Positions 21,701 through 30,276 of a DNA stretch of 64,000 nucleotides are shown in pieces. Each line of letters starts with the position of its first letter. The stretch's first letter is position 1. Position numbers and translations under genes: made by a program. Origin of the DNA: Candidatus Spongiisociaceae bacterium (GTDB taxonomy: Bacteria; Actinomycetota; Acidimicrobiia; Spongiisociales; Spongiisociaceae); the NCBI GenBank assembly GCA_965219685.1, contig CBDCOH010000002.1, positions 1,248,001-1,312,000 of the forward strand, read 5' to 3'. Under the pieces are notes generated by a model. That model was not told the origin of the DNA. It did not search any database and was given only the letters and a program-made list of their open reading frames with translations.

Positions 21701-22203
21701 AGGATCCCGGCTGCTTCCTCGATGATCCGCCGTCGCTCGTCTCCCTTGGCGGTCAGGAGCGACTCCAGCCGACCCTGGCCGACTATGAGGTGCTGGCTGC
21801 GGCCTACTCCGCTGTCCGAGAGAAGGTCCTGCACGTCGAGCAGCCGGCACCGGACGCCGTTTATCTCGTAGTCGGAGCGGCCGCCCCTGAAAAGGCGGCG
21901 GGTGAGGGACACCTCGTCGAGGTCGAGGGGCAGGGCGCGGTCGCGGTTGTCCAGCATCACGGTGACCTCGGCCCGGCTGTGGGGCGCCCGGGTGGCCGTG
22001 CCGGCGAAGATGACATCCTCCATCCGGTCGGTGCGGAGGGCCCGGGTGTATTGGGTGCCCAGCACCCACGCCAGAGAGTCCACGATGTTGGACTTACCGG
22101 TCCCGTTGGGTCCGACGATCACCGACACGCCCGGTTCGAACTCCAGGGCCGTCCGGTCTGCGAACGACTTGAAGCCGGCCAGTTTCAGCGATTTCAGATA
22201 CAA
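18778..22203 (-). CDS. smc: Chromosome segregation protein SMC
   Basis: GFKSFAD, GPNGTGKSN, long coiled coils, LSGGE, LDEVDAALD; start re-called to TTG 22203. Confidence 0.95.
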   Translation of the reverse strand: MYLKSLKLAGFKSFADRTALEFEPGVSVIVGPNGTGKSNIVDSLAWVLGTQYTRALRTDRMEDVIFAGTATRAPHSRAEVTVMLDNRDRALPLDLDEVSLTRRLFRGGRSDYEINGVRCRLLDVQDLLSDSGVGRSQHLIVGQGRLESLLTAKGDERRRIIEEAAGILKHQVRKARALQRLERTDADLLRLHDIVAEIKRRKRPLRRQAEAAERHESMRAELKALHLWLGGVTLRRSRQRFRELSRERTRLEETSGVGRSSLVRLEETLAGTEGERSSQARSLARDADAAARLATVAARLRGISQVARERRRGLVSQMEQATVQRTSLDRETDRLVHQLEEATGREQDAGQQVEATEATLRASEEQLRAPPAQEDTDPVMLRDDLRSLEAAAARDTREFSKLTELLEGTRARTDADRSRARTLGRELDRTRERIAAARKLRESSSHALAARKAEWERTDHLLREARSGRAAAEAKSEALEAAASRSFNPLKERLTDLGGVVGALTALLDPPDGLAAAVDAAVGEWAEAVVLDGPVRLRRAVRIFKSEGLGGLPLMAGPAKEAGILPAPAIARQWGVDALVDRLGRDADPELARSLLGDVVLVEGWSTGWDIVAHEPRVRAVTPEGDLITSLGVRTADHDRSTAAALDAARDSAATAREAEAAAKAAEESARRELTAAREAAARASDDLAASESAGIKAETELDRLGRAETSGGDAIAGLELRVAALRRTIGQRESRVAALRERIADAETEDGGLRAERRLEREAAERAHAAARNARDAAIRELGAAVERRHMLRDRIDRLAARREALQKAPSGTEQLEETRTVEEMARQVLEVVRVKLAEVKERCECLRASISDLDRLLATTRTEISEVETTVTGVRERLGRIDVEQTELRMREESVAEGLRRDADASVEQALVAGRPETEGEEPAARAKRLEAHLAAMGPVNLLASDEFRELDERHRLMTDQLADLERSKADLNKVILSLDAEMEELFNRTFEDTARHYRRFFTVLFPGGTGELVLTGTDNPLEAGVEIVAQPLGKKIGKLALLSGGERSLAALAFLFAVFEARPAPFYILDEVDAALDDANLHRFLRLVDEFRDHAQLIVVTHQQATVRAADILYGVTMEPGGSSKALVHRMDEAVIGA

Positions 22204-22306
22204 GTCACACCCGTGTGATTCCCGTCCTCGCGCACGATAGCGGCTCCCCGCGTGTCTAACGCGGCAACCCGAGGAATAGTGGTTGGTGGCCGGGGTCCGG
22301 ACCGGA

Positions 22307-22344
22307 CGGTGGTCTCCGGTCAGATCCCTTGGAACACTCGCCTC
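22307..22344 (-). repeat. Truncated left end of the ~255-bp element
   Basis: Reverse complement GAGGCGAGTGTTCCAAGGGATCTGACCGGAGACCACCG matches the left ends of copies A, C and D. Confidence 0.65.
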
Positions 22345-22364
22345 AGGAGCGCAGGAGCACCCGC

Positions 22365-22399
22365 CTACCAACTACCAACTACCAACTACCAACCACTCA
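22365..22399 (-). repeat. Heptamer array (CTACCAA)x4 + CCACTCA starting at the fpg stop codon
   Basis: Read directly from the sequence. Confidence 0.85.
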
Positions 22400-23227
22400 G
22401 GTCTGGCAAGAGTGACACCGGTACGACGACCTGGCGCCGATCACGCTCCTGCGGATGGGCGCCAGGCAGCTGCGACAGGGTCGCCCCTCCCTGCCGTAGA
22501 CGGACAGGTACTCCAGGTGCCGACCCGCTCGGCCGTCAGGAAGCAGGTAGGCGAGGTCGTCGAGCGAGGTCCCACCATGGGACAGACCGGCCTCGAGGAC
22601 GGAGCGGATAGCCTTCTTGATGGACACCATCTCGGAGACCGTGAGGGAACCGGCGGGTCTTGAGCCGTCCACGCGTGCCTCGAACAAGACCTCGTCCGAG
22701 TAGATGTTTCCGAGCCCCGAGATGAAGCGCTGGTCGAGAAGTAGGGTCTTGACGGCCACCCGGCGACCCTGGACCGTCGCCGCCAGCTGTTCGGCGGGCG
22801 GAAGCTCACCGAGGGCGTCCGGTCCCAGCAGGGCCAGGGTCGACGCCCCCAGTTCGGACGCTGTGTAGACAGCCATGAAACCGAACGTGCGCGGGTCGAT
22901 CATGCGTAACTCGCGGCCTGAGTCCGTCTCGATCACCACCCGGGTATGCCGCCCCAGGGGCTCGGCGGGCCCGCTGATCGCCATGCGCCCCGACATCCCG
23001 AGGTGAGAAACCCAGGTGAGTCCCTTCCCCATATCGAACATGAGGAACTTGCCCCGGCGGCCCAGCGAGCGCACCGTCCGTCCCTCCAACCGGGCCGCGA
23101 AGTCCGCCGGGTCGGGTTGGCGCCGCAGCATCCGGGGGTGGAGAACCCGCGTGGAGACGATCCTTCGCTCGGCGAGTTCGGGCACCAGCATTCGGCGTGT
23201 CGTCTCGACCTCCGGCAGTTCGGGCAA
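22397..23227 (-). CDS. mutM: Formamidopyrimidine-DNA glycosylase
   Basis: MPELPEVE, RRGKF, HLGMSG, GLGNIY, C-terminal zinc finger. Confidence 0.96.
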   Translation of the reverse strand: MPELPEVETTRRMLVPELAERRIVSTRVLHPRMLRRQPDPADFAARLEGRTVRSLGRRGKFLMFDMGKGLTWVSHLGMSGRMAISGPAEPLGRHTRVVIETDSGRELRMIDPRTFGFMAVYTASELGASTLALLGPDALGELPPAEQLAATVQGRRVAVKTLLLDQRFISGLGNIYSDEVLFEARVDGSRPAGSLTVSEMVSIKKAIRSVLEAGLSHGGTSLDDLAYLLPDGRAGRHLEYLSVYGREGRPCRSCLAPIRRSVIGARSSYRCHSCQT

Positions 23228-23391
23228 CTACCGGGCCGCCTGTGACGCGGTGGCATGGGCTGCGCGGCCGGCGGCGTTCGCGGCACCACCATCCGGCGAA
23301 GACGTACCGGGAGCATGCTCGGGGATGGCGGAACTCAGCGAGGAGCGCTTCCGGCCGGCCGGACAGGACGGATCGTTCTGCTTGCAGGCCA

Positions 23392-24096
23392 TTAGCCCGG
23401 TTCTTTCCGGTCGGCCTCCATAGCCTCGAGCGCCGCGCGAGCAGCCTCCTGCTGGGCCTTCCTTTTCGAGTGCCCGACGCCGGATCCCCACTCGGCGCCG
23501 TCGACCGATACGACCGATGTGAAGACCTTCCTGTGGTCGGGACCTTCGGAGTCGATGTGGTACTCGGGCCGGGCGCCATCGCGTGCGAGCAACTCCTGCA
23601 GGCGGCTCTTGTAGTCGCCCCAGCCGGGCCGCACCGCGGCACTCCCGATCCGATTCTCCCACAACCGCAGGATCACCCGGCGGGCCGGTTCCAGGCCTCC
23701 GTCCAGATAGACCGCGCCGAGGACCGCCTCCATGGCGTCCCCCAGGATGGAGCGCCTACCCCGGCCTCCGGTCGCCTCCTCCCCCTTTCCCAGCAGCACG
23801 TGCTCGCCGAGACCCAGGCTTTCGGCAACCTCGGAGAGAGCCCGGTTGCTGACTGCAGACGCACGCAACTTGACCATCGCACCCTCGGGATAGTCGGGGA
23901 AGTGTCCGAAGATGAAGTCGGTCACCACCAACTGCAGGATGGTGTCTCCCAGGAACTCGAGGCGCTCGTTGGAAGGCTCCTCCCCGGTCTCTGCAACCCA
24001 GGAACGGTGGCGGAGTGCCCGGTTCAGGAGCTCGGGGTCGGCGAAGGAGTGGTCGAGCGCCTGCTCCAGGCTGGTGTGAGAGCCCGAGTCGTTCAA
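23392..24096 (-). CDS. rnc: Ribonuclease III
   Basis: NERLEFLGD, DAMEAVLGAVYLD, dsRBD DYKSRLQE; TTG start overlaps the plsX stop. Confidence 0.95.
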   Translation of the reverse strand: MNDSGSHTSLEQALDHSFADPELLNRALRHRSWVAETGEEPSNERLEFLGDTILQLVVTDFIFGHFPDYPEGAMVKLRASAVSNRALSEVAESLGLGEHVLLGKGEEATGGRGRRSILGDAMEAVLGAVYLDGGLEPARRVILRLWENRIGSAAVRPGWGDYKSRLQELLARDGARPEYHIDSEGPDHRKVFTSVVSVDGAEWGSGVGHSKRKAQQEAARAALEAMEADRKEPG

Positions 24097-25067
24097 GAAC
24101 GGACCAGTCCGTGTTCGAGTCGTTCGATCAGGCCGCCCTTGACACCCTCGGTGGCTAGACGGATCGCGTTGAAGATCGCCCGGCGCGAGGACGACCCGTG
24201 GCATATGACGACGTTTGCCGACGTGCCGACGAGGTGGGCGCCTCCGTACCTGGCCGGGTCGATGACCTCGCGGATCTCGTTCATCGGGGCGGCGATGTGG
24301 GGCAACACCTCCTCCGGCAGGCGCTCGAAGGCCCGCCCGATCAAGCGTGCCACCAGGCCGGCGGCGGCTTCGATGGTCTTGAGGGCGACGTTGCCGGTGA
24401 AGCCGTCCGTCACGAACACGTCGGCGGCCTCACCGATGATGTCACCGCCTTCGAGGTTCCCCACGAAGTTGACCGGTGCTTCCTCGAGCAGTTCGAAAGC
24501 CGACCGCTCGACGTCCCTACCCTTGGCCCGCTCGGCGCCGATGTTGAGCAGGCCAACCCGGGGACGTTCGATGCCGTAGACGATCTCTGCGAGTTGGGCG
24601 CCCATCACGCCGAACTGGAGGAGGTGCACCGGGCGTACCTCGAGGTTGGCGCCCGCGTCGAGCAGCAGGACCGGTTTGCCCGGCCGCGGTATCGGAGTGG
24701 CGATCGCAGGGCGCAACACCCCCTTGATGCGGCCGATCACGATCGAGGCGGCCGCGATGGCCGCCCCTGTGGAACCGGCCGAAACCAGGGCGTCGGCCCC
24801 ATGAGAGGCTACGAGCCGCGCCGCGGTGAGCACGGACGAGTCGGGTTTGTCGCGCACCGCCTTGGCCGGGTGGTCGTGCATCTCCACGACTTCCGGAGCG
24901 TGCACAACCGGCAGATCGGCGCCGATTGCACTCAGGTCAGGCTCGACGATCTCCTCGCGGCCCACGAGCACCACTTCGTGCCCTGCCTCGGCCGCCAGGA
25001 CCGCGCCCGCCACGATCTCGGCGGGCCCCTGGTCGGTTCCCATCACGTCGACTGCTATGCGAGCCAC
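24093..25067 (-). CDS. plsX: Phosphate acyltransferase PlsX
   Basis: IAVDVMGTD, SAGSTGA, RPAI, DAGAN, DGFTGNV, HGSS. Confidence 0.93.
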   Translation of the reverse strand: MARIAVDVMGTDQGPAEIVAGAVLAAEAGHEVVLVGREEIVEPDLSAIGADLPVVHAPEVVEMHDHPAKAVRDKPDSSVLTAARLVASHGADALVSAGSTGAAIAAASIVIGRIKGVLRPAIATPIPRPGKPVLLLDAGANLEVRPVHLLQFGVMGAQLAEIVYGIERPRVGLLNIGAERAKGRDVERSAFELLEEAPVNFVGNLEGGDIIGEAADVFVTDGFTGNVALKTIEAAAGLVARLIGRAFERLPEEVLPHIAAPMNEIREVIDPARYGGAHLVGTSANVVICHGSSSRRAIFNAIRLATEGVKGGLIERLEHGLVRS

Positions 25068-25148
25068 GGGTCCCCGATCAGGTGTGCGGGATGGGCGCTC
25101 CCTCCGAAGCACCGAGAGGGGACGGCCCCCGATGGCGTGATCCCCCGG

Positions 25149-25340
25149 TCAATCGAACACCTCCACGACCGTTCGCCCGCGGTAGGTACCGCAACCGCCC
25201 TTGCCCGTACAGGCCCGGTGGGGCAGCTTCGGCTGACCGCACCGGGGGCAGCTAACGGTCCGGGTAGGGCGCATCTTCATCGCCTCCGCCTTGCGCCTCC
25301 GCGTGCGTGAGCGCGACATCTTTCTCTTTGGTACAGCCAT
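25149..25340 (-). CDS. rpmF: 50S ribosomal protein L32 (zinc-binding type)
   Basis: MAVPKRKMSRSRTRRR, CPRC...HRACTGKGGCGTY. Confidence 0.95.
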   Translation of the reverse strand: MAVPKRKMSRSRTRRRKAEAMKMRPTRTVSCPRCGQPKLPHRACTGKGGCGTYRGRTVVEVFD

Positions 25341-25361
25341 GGCGTATCCCTTCCGGTCACG

Positions 25362-25859
25362 TCAGGTTGAGGGGGGTGCTTCCAACCAGCCTTCCAGAGC
25401 GGCGAACGGAGAGCCTCTCGCCACGGAATGCCCCTCGCAGGGATCTACATTCAAGTCGTTTCCGCACGAGGGACAAAGTCCCCGGCAGGACTCCGAGCAT
25501 AGCGGTACCAGCGGGACGCACAAGCACAATTCGTCGTGCAGCACCGGGGCGAGGTCGATCGCCCCGTCGGGGCCGATGTCCGCACCGGCTTCCTCACCGT
25601 AGGCCTGCATCACGGGAGCGCCGGCCTGGAAGGACACCGTCCGCAGGCAACGGTTGCATCTGAGCCGCATCACAGCCCCCACGTCGCCGCGGACCAGAAC
25701 CCCCCCGACCGTGTCCTCGACGCGCAGGTCCGCCTCGACCGGCCCGCATTCCTCGACCTGATCCAACTCGATCTCGATGGAACCCGATAGGGAGACCTGT
25801 CGACGGGATCCGGGCCGTCCGAGCAGGTCGGAGACGTGGATCAGGAAGGGCCGGTCTAT
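25362..25859 (-). CDS. yceD: YceD/DUF177 protein, probably with a non-canonical start
   Basis: CNRCL, LCSESCRGLCPSCG, SPFAAL; open frame extends upstream (IDRPFLIHVSDLLGRPG) to an ATA at 25859. Confidence 0.8.
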   Translation of the reverse strand: MDRPFLIHVSDLLGRPGSRRQVSLSGSIEIELDQVEECGPVEADLRVEDTVGGVLVRGDVGAVMRLRCNRCLRTVSFQAGAPVMQAYGEEAGADIGPDGAIDLAPVLHDELCLCVPLVPLCSESCRGLCPSCGNDLNVDPCEGHSVARGSPFAALEGWLEAPPST

Positions 25860-26365
25860 TGGCCCACCGACCGGGTCTGGCGGAGTTCGGCCCGCATGGA
25901 GCGAATCTGGTCCAGGACCCGGCCCATCAGGGACTCCAGCCGTTCGAGGCGGTCCTCGGCGTACTCCTCGGCCTCCAGCCGGATCCTGTGCGAGTGGTCC
26001 TCGGCCCTGCGCACGAGGATGTTCGCCTCCTCGGTGGCCTCGGCGATGATGTTGGTGTCGGACACCAACTCGTCGGCCTTCTGGCGAGCTCGCTGTATGA
26101 GATCTCGTACCCGCTCGTTGGTCCGGGCCACGAAGGTCTCGCGCTCCCTCACCATCCAGCGCGCAGTCCGCATCTCCTCCGGGAGGCGATCCTGCAGCAT
26201 CTCGAGGGTCTGCAGCATCTGCTCCCGGTCGACGATCACCTTGCCCGAAGCGGGTATCGTCTTCGCCTCGGAGATCGCCATGATTATCTCCGAGACAAGG
26301 TTCTGCACCTGCCCGACCGTTGGGAGGGCGGCCGTCCCGCCTGCCTCTTCTCGATCACCGTTCAT
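25856..26365 (-). CDS. SepIVA/DivIVA-like coiled-coil protein
   Basis: EAKTIPASGKVIVDRE, LPEEMRTARW; typical coaD-X-yceD position. Confidence 0.75.
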   Translation of the reverse strand: MNGDREEAGGTAALPTVGQVQNLVSEIIMAISEAKTIPASGKVIVDREQMLQTLEMLQDRLPEEMRTARWMVRERETFVARTNERVRDLIQRARQKADELVSDTNIIAEATEEANILVRRAEDHSHRIRLEAEEYAEDRLERLESLMGRVLDQIRSMRAELRQTRSVGQ

Positions 26366-26837
26366 GCGACCACCGTTCCTTCATCAACCGGCCTACTTCT
26401 CCCGGTACCAAGCCATCCACTGTACCGCCCAGGCTTCCCACTTCCTTGACCAGGGAAGAGGATAGGTAGGCGTGCTCGGGACTCGTGGGGATGAACACAG
26501 TATCGATTCCCGACAGCCTGTGGTTCATCTGGGCCATCTGCAGTTCGTAGTCGAAGTCGGAGACGGCCCGCAACCCCTTCACGATCACGCCGACCTCCTT
26601 CGCGCGGGCGAAGTCCACCAGGAGACCGTCGAAGGAGGCAATCTCTACCCTGGGCTCGTCGGCGAACAGGTCGTCGAGCATCGCCACCCGCTCCTCGGAT
26701 GTGAACATGGGCGTCTTGGAGAGGTTGCGGATGACCGCCACGACCACCCGGTCGAAGACCGAGACGCTCCGGCGGATGACATCCATGTGTCCGTTGGTGG
26801 GGGGATCGAAGCTCCCGGGACAGACCGCTGTGGCCAC
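26355..26837 (-). CDS. coaD: Phosphopantetheine adenylyltransferase
   Basis: PGSFDPPTNGH, KGLRAVSDFDYE, LSSSLVKE. Confidence 0.96.
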   Translation of the reverse strand: MATAVCPGSFDPPTNGHMDVIRRSVSVFDRVVVAVIRNLSKTPMFTSEERVAMLDDLFADEPRVEIASFDGLLVDFARAKEVGVIVKGLRAVSDFDYELQMAQMNHRLSGIDTVFIPTSPEHAYLSSSLVKEVGSLGGTVDGLVPGEVGRLMKERWSHER

Positions 26838-26869
26838 CCTCTCTCCCTTGTCCGGCAGTTGCCCTAAAT

Positions 26870-27433
26870 CTAACCGGTGGTCCTCCGATTCCCCACCCCC
26901 GCGACACGAAGGTAGCGCCAGATCCGGGCCGTTCCGTAGCTGAGCCGTCCCGCAGCCTCGAGACCCGGCGCTTCCGGCCGTCGCTCCCCGCCCGGCCGGT
27001 GGAGCACCGCCGTCCCACCCAAGCGGATCAGCGGCACGACCGACCGCAGGGTGGTTTCGACCGAGGCCGCCGAGTGGCGGTAAGGGGGATCGACGAACAC
27101 GAGGTCGAACCGTCCCGGATTCCGGGTAAGGAACCGGTCGACATCGACGGCGACGATCTCCCCGCCCAACCCCACAGTGCGGACATTGGCCCGCAGGGCC
27201 TGCAGCGCCTTACGGTCGTTCTCGACGAAGACCGCCGAGGCGGATCCGCGGCTCAACGCTTCCAGACCCAGCGAGCCCGTGCCTGCGTAGAGATCCAACA
27301 CTTCCGCCCCCGGGAGCACCGAGGCGATTGCGGAGAAAATCCCTTCGCGCGCGCGGTCGGTCATCGGCCGGGTGACGAGGCCCCGAGGTGCCTTGAGCCG
27401 CCGACCCTTCGACCTTCCCGATATCACCCTCAT
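26870..27433 (-). CDS. rsmD: 16S rRNA m2G966 methyltransferase
   Basis: MRVISG, TRPMTDR, LDLYAGTGSLGLEALSRG, DPPY. Confidence 0.93.
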   Translation of the reverse strand: MRVISGRSKGRRLKAPRGLVTRPMTDRAREGIFSAIASVLPGAEVLDLYAGTGSLGLEALSRGSASAVFVENDRKALQALRANVRTVGLGGEIVAVDVDRFLTRNPGRFDLVFVDPPYRHSAASVETTLRSVVPLIRLGGTAVLHRPGGERRPEAPGLEAAGRLSYGTARIWRYLRVAGVGNRRTTG

Positions 27434-27434
27434 G

Positions 27435-29654
27435 TCACGATCTGAACAGCCACTCCACGCGCTCCCCTAGCAGCACCCTCACCTCTTCCCTGATCTCAGG
27501 ATGCGCATCCAGGTCCGGATCTTCCTCTACGAGGGAAAACGCTTCTCGGCGAGCCGCTATGAGCTCCCTGCGGTCCCTGAGGATGTCGGCGATCCGCAGA
27601 TCCGAGAATCCCGACTGGCGCGCCCCGAAGACCGTGCCGTGGCCGCGTATCCGGAGGTCCTCCTCCGCCAGGCGGAAGCCATCCGAGTGCTTGACCATCG
27701 CGTCCAGACGCCGGGCGCCGTCCTTGGTGGTGGGATCGGCTAGGAGGATGCACTCGGAGCGGTCCGGTCCCCTGCCGACGCGGCCGCGCAACTGGTGCAG
27801 TTGGCTCATGCCAAAGCGGTCTGCGTCCCTGATGACCATCACCGTGGCGTTGGGCACGTCGATCCCCACCTCGATCACGGTGGTCGCCACCAGCACATCG
27901 GTCTCGCCCCTGCGGAAGGAGTCCATCACCGCCTCCTTCCGGGACGGTGCCATCTGGCCGTGCAGGAGCCCCAGGCTCAGCTCCGGGAACACCTCCCCCA
28001 GCCTCTCGTGCTCGGCCACCGCGGATGCCGCCTCCACCCGGGCCGAACCCTCGACCAGCGGGCAGACCACGAATGCCTGGTGCCCGCTCGCCACCTCCCG
28101 CCGGATCGTCCTCTGGGCTTTCTCGAGGCCCGGGCCGTCCATCGACCCGAACCATGTCCTGACCGGTTTCCGCCCGGGTGGCATCTCGTCGATCTCCGAC
28201 ACGTCGAGGTCTCCGTACAGCGTCATGGAGAGGGTCCTGGGGATGGGGGTGGCGGTCATGATCAGCAGGTCGGGGTCGACCCCCTCGGCCTTGTTCTTGA
28301 GCTTGACCCTTTGATGAACGCCGAAACGGTGCTGCTCGTCGACGACGGCCACCCCGAGCCGGCGGAAGCGTACCCCTTCCTGGATGAGGGCGTGCGTACC
28401 GATCAGCACGTCGATCCGGCCGTCGGCGATCCACTCGAGCAGTTCCTCCCGTCTGGTCGATCCTCTGCTGTGGACGTTGACCTCGGCGTGGTTCCCCGTG
28501 AGGAGGGCCACCAGGAGTCCGGACCCGTCACCCTGATCGGCAGGTATGTCGAAGAGTGAGACCGACCCGTGAGGGCGGGCTGCCATGCTCGAGTCGGCCA
28601 GCAGGCGGCAAACCCCTTCGTAATGTTGCTCGGCCAGCACCTCGGTGGGGGCCATCACCGCTGCCTGGTACCCCCCCTGCACTCCGGTGAGGACGGTCGC
28701 GACTGCTACCACCGTCTTTCCGGAGCCCACCTCCCCCTGCAGGAGCCGGTGCATCGGGTAGGGGCGGGCGAGATCCTCGCTGATCTCGCCTATGACCCGC
28801 TGCTGGGCGCCGGTCAGGCGGAATGGCAGACCGTGGATGAACTTCTCCACCAGGCCGGGGCCCTCCCCGGTGCTATGGGTGATCCCGACGGAGCCGGCCA
28901 TCTTGCGCTGCTTGGTCATGGCCAGCGCCACCTCGAGCCGGAAGAACTCGTCGAAGATCAGCCGGCGCCGGGCGGGACCCACCTCACCGAGGTTCTCGGG
29001 GAAGTGGACGGAGTTGACCGCCCGGTCCCGGTCGATGAGTTCGTGGCCCTCCCGGATCCCGATGGGAAGCGGATCAGCGATGGGGCGGGAGCGTTTCAGG
29101 GCATTGTGGACACCGAGCCGCAGGTAGGCGGGCGTCGCGTCGCCGACCGCCCGGTATACCGGAACCACCCGGCCCACCGCCAGGTTCTCGCCACCGGTGG
29201 TGAGGATGTCCACGGCCGGGGACGTGATCTGCAGGCGACCGCGGTAGCGCTCGATCTTGCCCGACAGCGCCACCTCGGCCCCGCGGTCCAAGCGTCGGGC
29301 CTGGTACTCCTGGTTGAACCAGATGGCCCTCAAGGAACCCGTGTCGTTGCCGATCAACGCTTCGACGATGACCAGGCGGCGCCGGGGCCGTCTGACCGAG
29401 ACCCGCAGAACCCGACCGATCACGGTGGTCTCCACGCCTTCCTCGACCTCATCGAGCCGCATGATCTGCGATCGGTCCACGTACCTTCTGGGAATGTGGA
29501 ACAGGAGGTCGGTAACCGTTTCGATACCCTTCTCACGGAGCGAAGCGGACCGCTTGCCGCCGAGCCACCTGACCCGATCGACCCCTACTCGGTGGAGATA
29601 GGCGAGGCTCCTCACCTCCGTTGTGGTCCCGCTGCCCACGGTCGGCCGTTCCAT
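27435..29654 (-). CDS. recG: ATP-dependent DNA helicase RecG
   Basis: LLQGEVGSGKT, DEQHRFGV, TATPIPR, QLRGRVGR. Confidence 0.95.
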   Translation of the reverse strand: MERPTVGSGTTTEVRSLAYLHRVGVDRVRWLGGKRSASLREKGIETVTDLLFHIPRRYVDRSQIMRLDEVEEGVETTVIGRVLRVSVRRPRRRLVIVEALIGNDTGSLRAIWFNQEYQARRLDRGAEVALSGKIERYRGRLQITSPAVDILTTGGENLAVGRVVPVYRAVGDATPAYLRLGVHNALKRSRPIADPLPIGIREGHELIDRDRAVNSVHFPENLGEVGPARRRLIFDEFFRLEVALAMTKQRKMAGSVGITHSTGEGPGLVEKFIHGLPFRLTGAQQRVIGEISEDLARPYPMHRLLQGEVGSGKTVVAVATVLTGVQGGYQAAVMAPTEVLAEQHYEGVCRLLADSSMAARPHGSVSLFDIPADQGDGSGLLVALLTGNHAEVNVHSRGSTRREELLEWIADGRIDVLIGTHALIQEGVRFRRLGVAVVDEQHRFGVHQRVKLKNKAEGVDPDLLIMTATPIPRTLSMTLYGDLDVSEIDEMPPGRKPVRTWFGSMDGPGLEKAQRTIRREVASGHQAFVVCPLVEGSARVEAASAVAEHERLGEVFPELSLGLLHGQMAPSRKEAVMDSFRRGETDVLVATTVIEVGIDVPNATVMVIRDADRFGMSQLHQLRGRVGRGPDRSECILLADPTTKDGARRLDAMVKHSDGFRLAEEDLRIRGHGTVFGARQSGFSDLRIADILRDRRELIAARREAFSLVEEDPDLDAHPEIREEVRVLLGERVEWLFRS

Positions 29655-29751
29655 GCAGGTCAGGATACGGCAGGCGGCGCCGGTCGGGTTCCGGCGGTGA
29701 TCGCCCGGCCGGCCGCTGGCAACAGCAGGAGCCCGACTACACTGCCTGGCC

Positions 29752-29964
29752 ATGCAAGGGGTGGTCAAACTCTACGACCCGAACACCGGAGCCGGGGTGG
29801 TCGTGCTCGACGTGGACCGGAGCGAGGTGTACCTTCGGGCCGGATCCCTGGCGGGCAGCGTCTTCCGCCTGCTGCGTCAGGGTCAGAGGATCATCTTCGA
29901 CGTCGAGGAGGACGGCGGCCGCCGTTTCGTGCATACGGTCCGGATGGGATCGGACGGCAGGTGA
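29752..29964 (+). CDS. Cold-shock-like OB-fold protein
   Basis: MQGVVKLYDPNTGAGVV...LRQGQRIIFDV. Confidence 0.7.
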   Translation: MQGVVKLYDPNTGAGVVVLDVDRSEVYLRAGSLAGSVFRLLRQGQRIIFDVEEDGGRRFVHTVRMGSDGR

Positions 29965-30028
29965 CGGAGCCCGAGCTTCCGGAGTCGACAACCGTTACAG
30001 TTCATCGAGACAGCCCGAGAGGAGCACC

Positions 30029-30262
30029 GTGGTCGAGGCATACGTGCTCATACAGACCGAAGTCGGCAAGGCCAAAGTGGTGGCGGACCAGGTCCGCCTC
30101 ATCGACGGCATCGAGTCCGCCGACGACGTGACCGGACCCTACGACGTGATAGTGCGTGCGGAGGCCGGCGACGTCGATCAACTGGGCCGGCTGGTAGTAG
30201 CCAGCATCCAGGCCATCAACGGCATCACCAGAACACTCACCTGCCCGATCGTCCACCTTTGA
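30029..30262 (+). CDS. Stand-alone Lrp/AsnC ligand-binding domain protein
   Basis: AYVLIQTEVGK, VTGPYDVI, ITRTLTCPIVHL; SD GAGGAG. Confidence 0.88.
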   Translation: MVEAYVLIQTEVGKAKVVADQVRLIDGIESADDVTGPYDVIVRAEAGDVDQLGRLVVASIQAINGITRTLTCPIVHL

Positions 30263-30276
30263 CGACGGCCTGCGGA

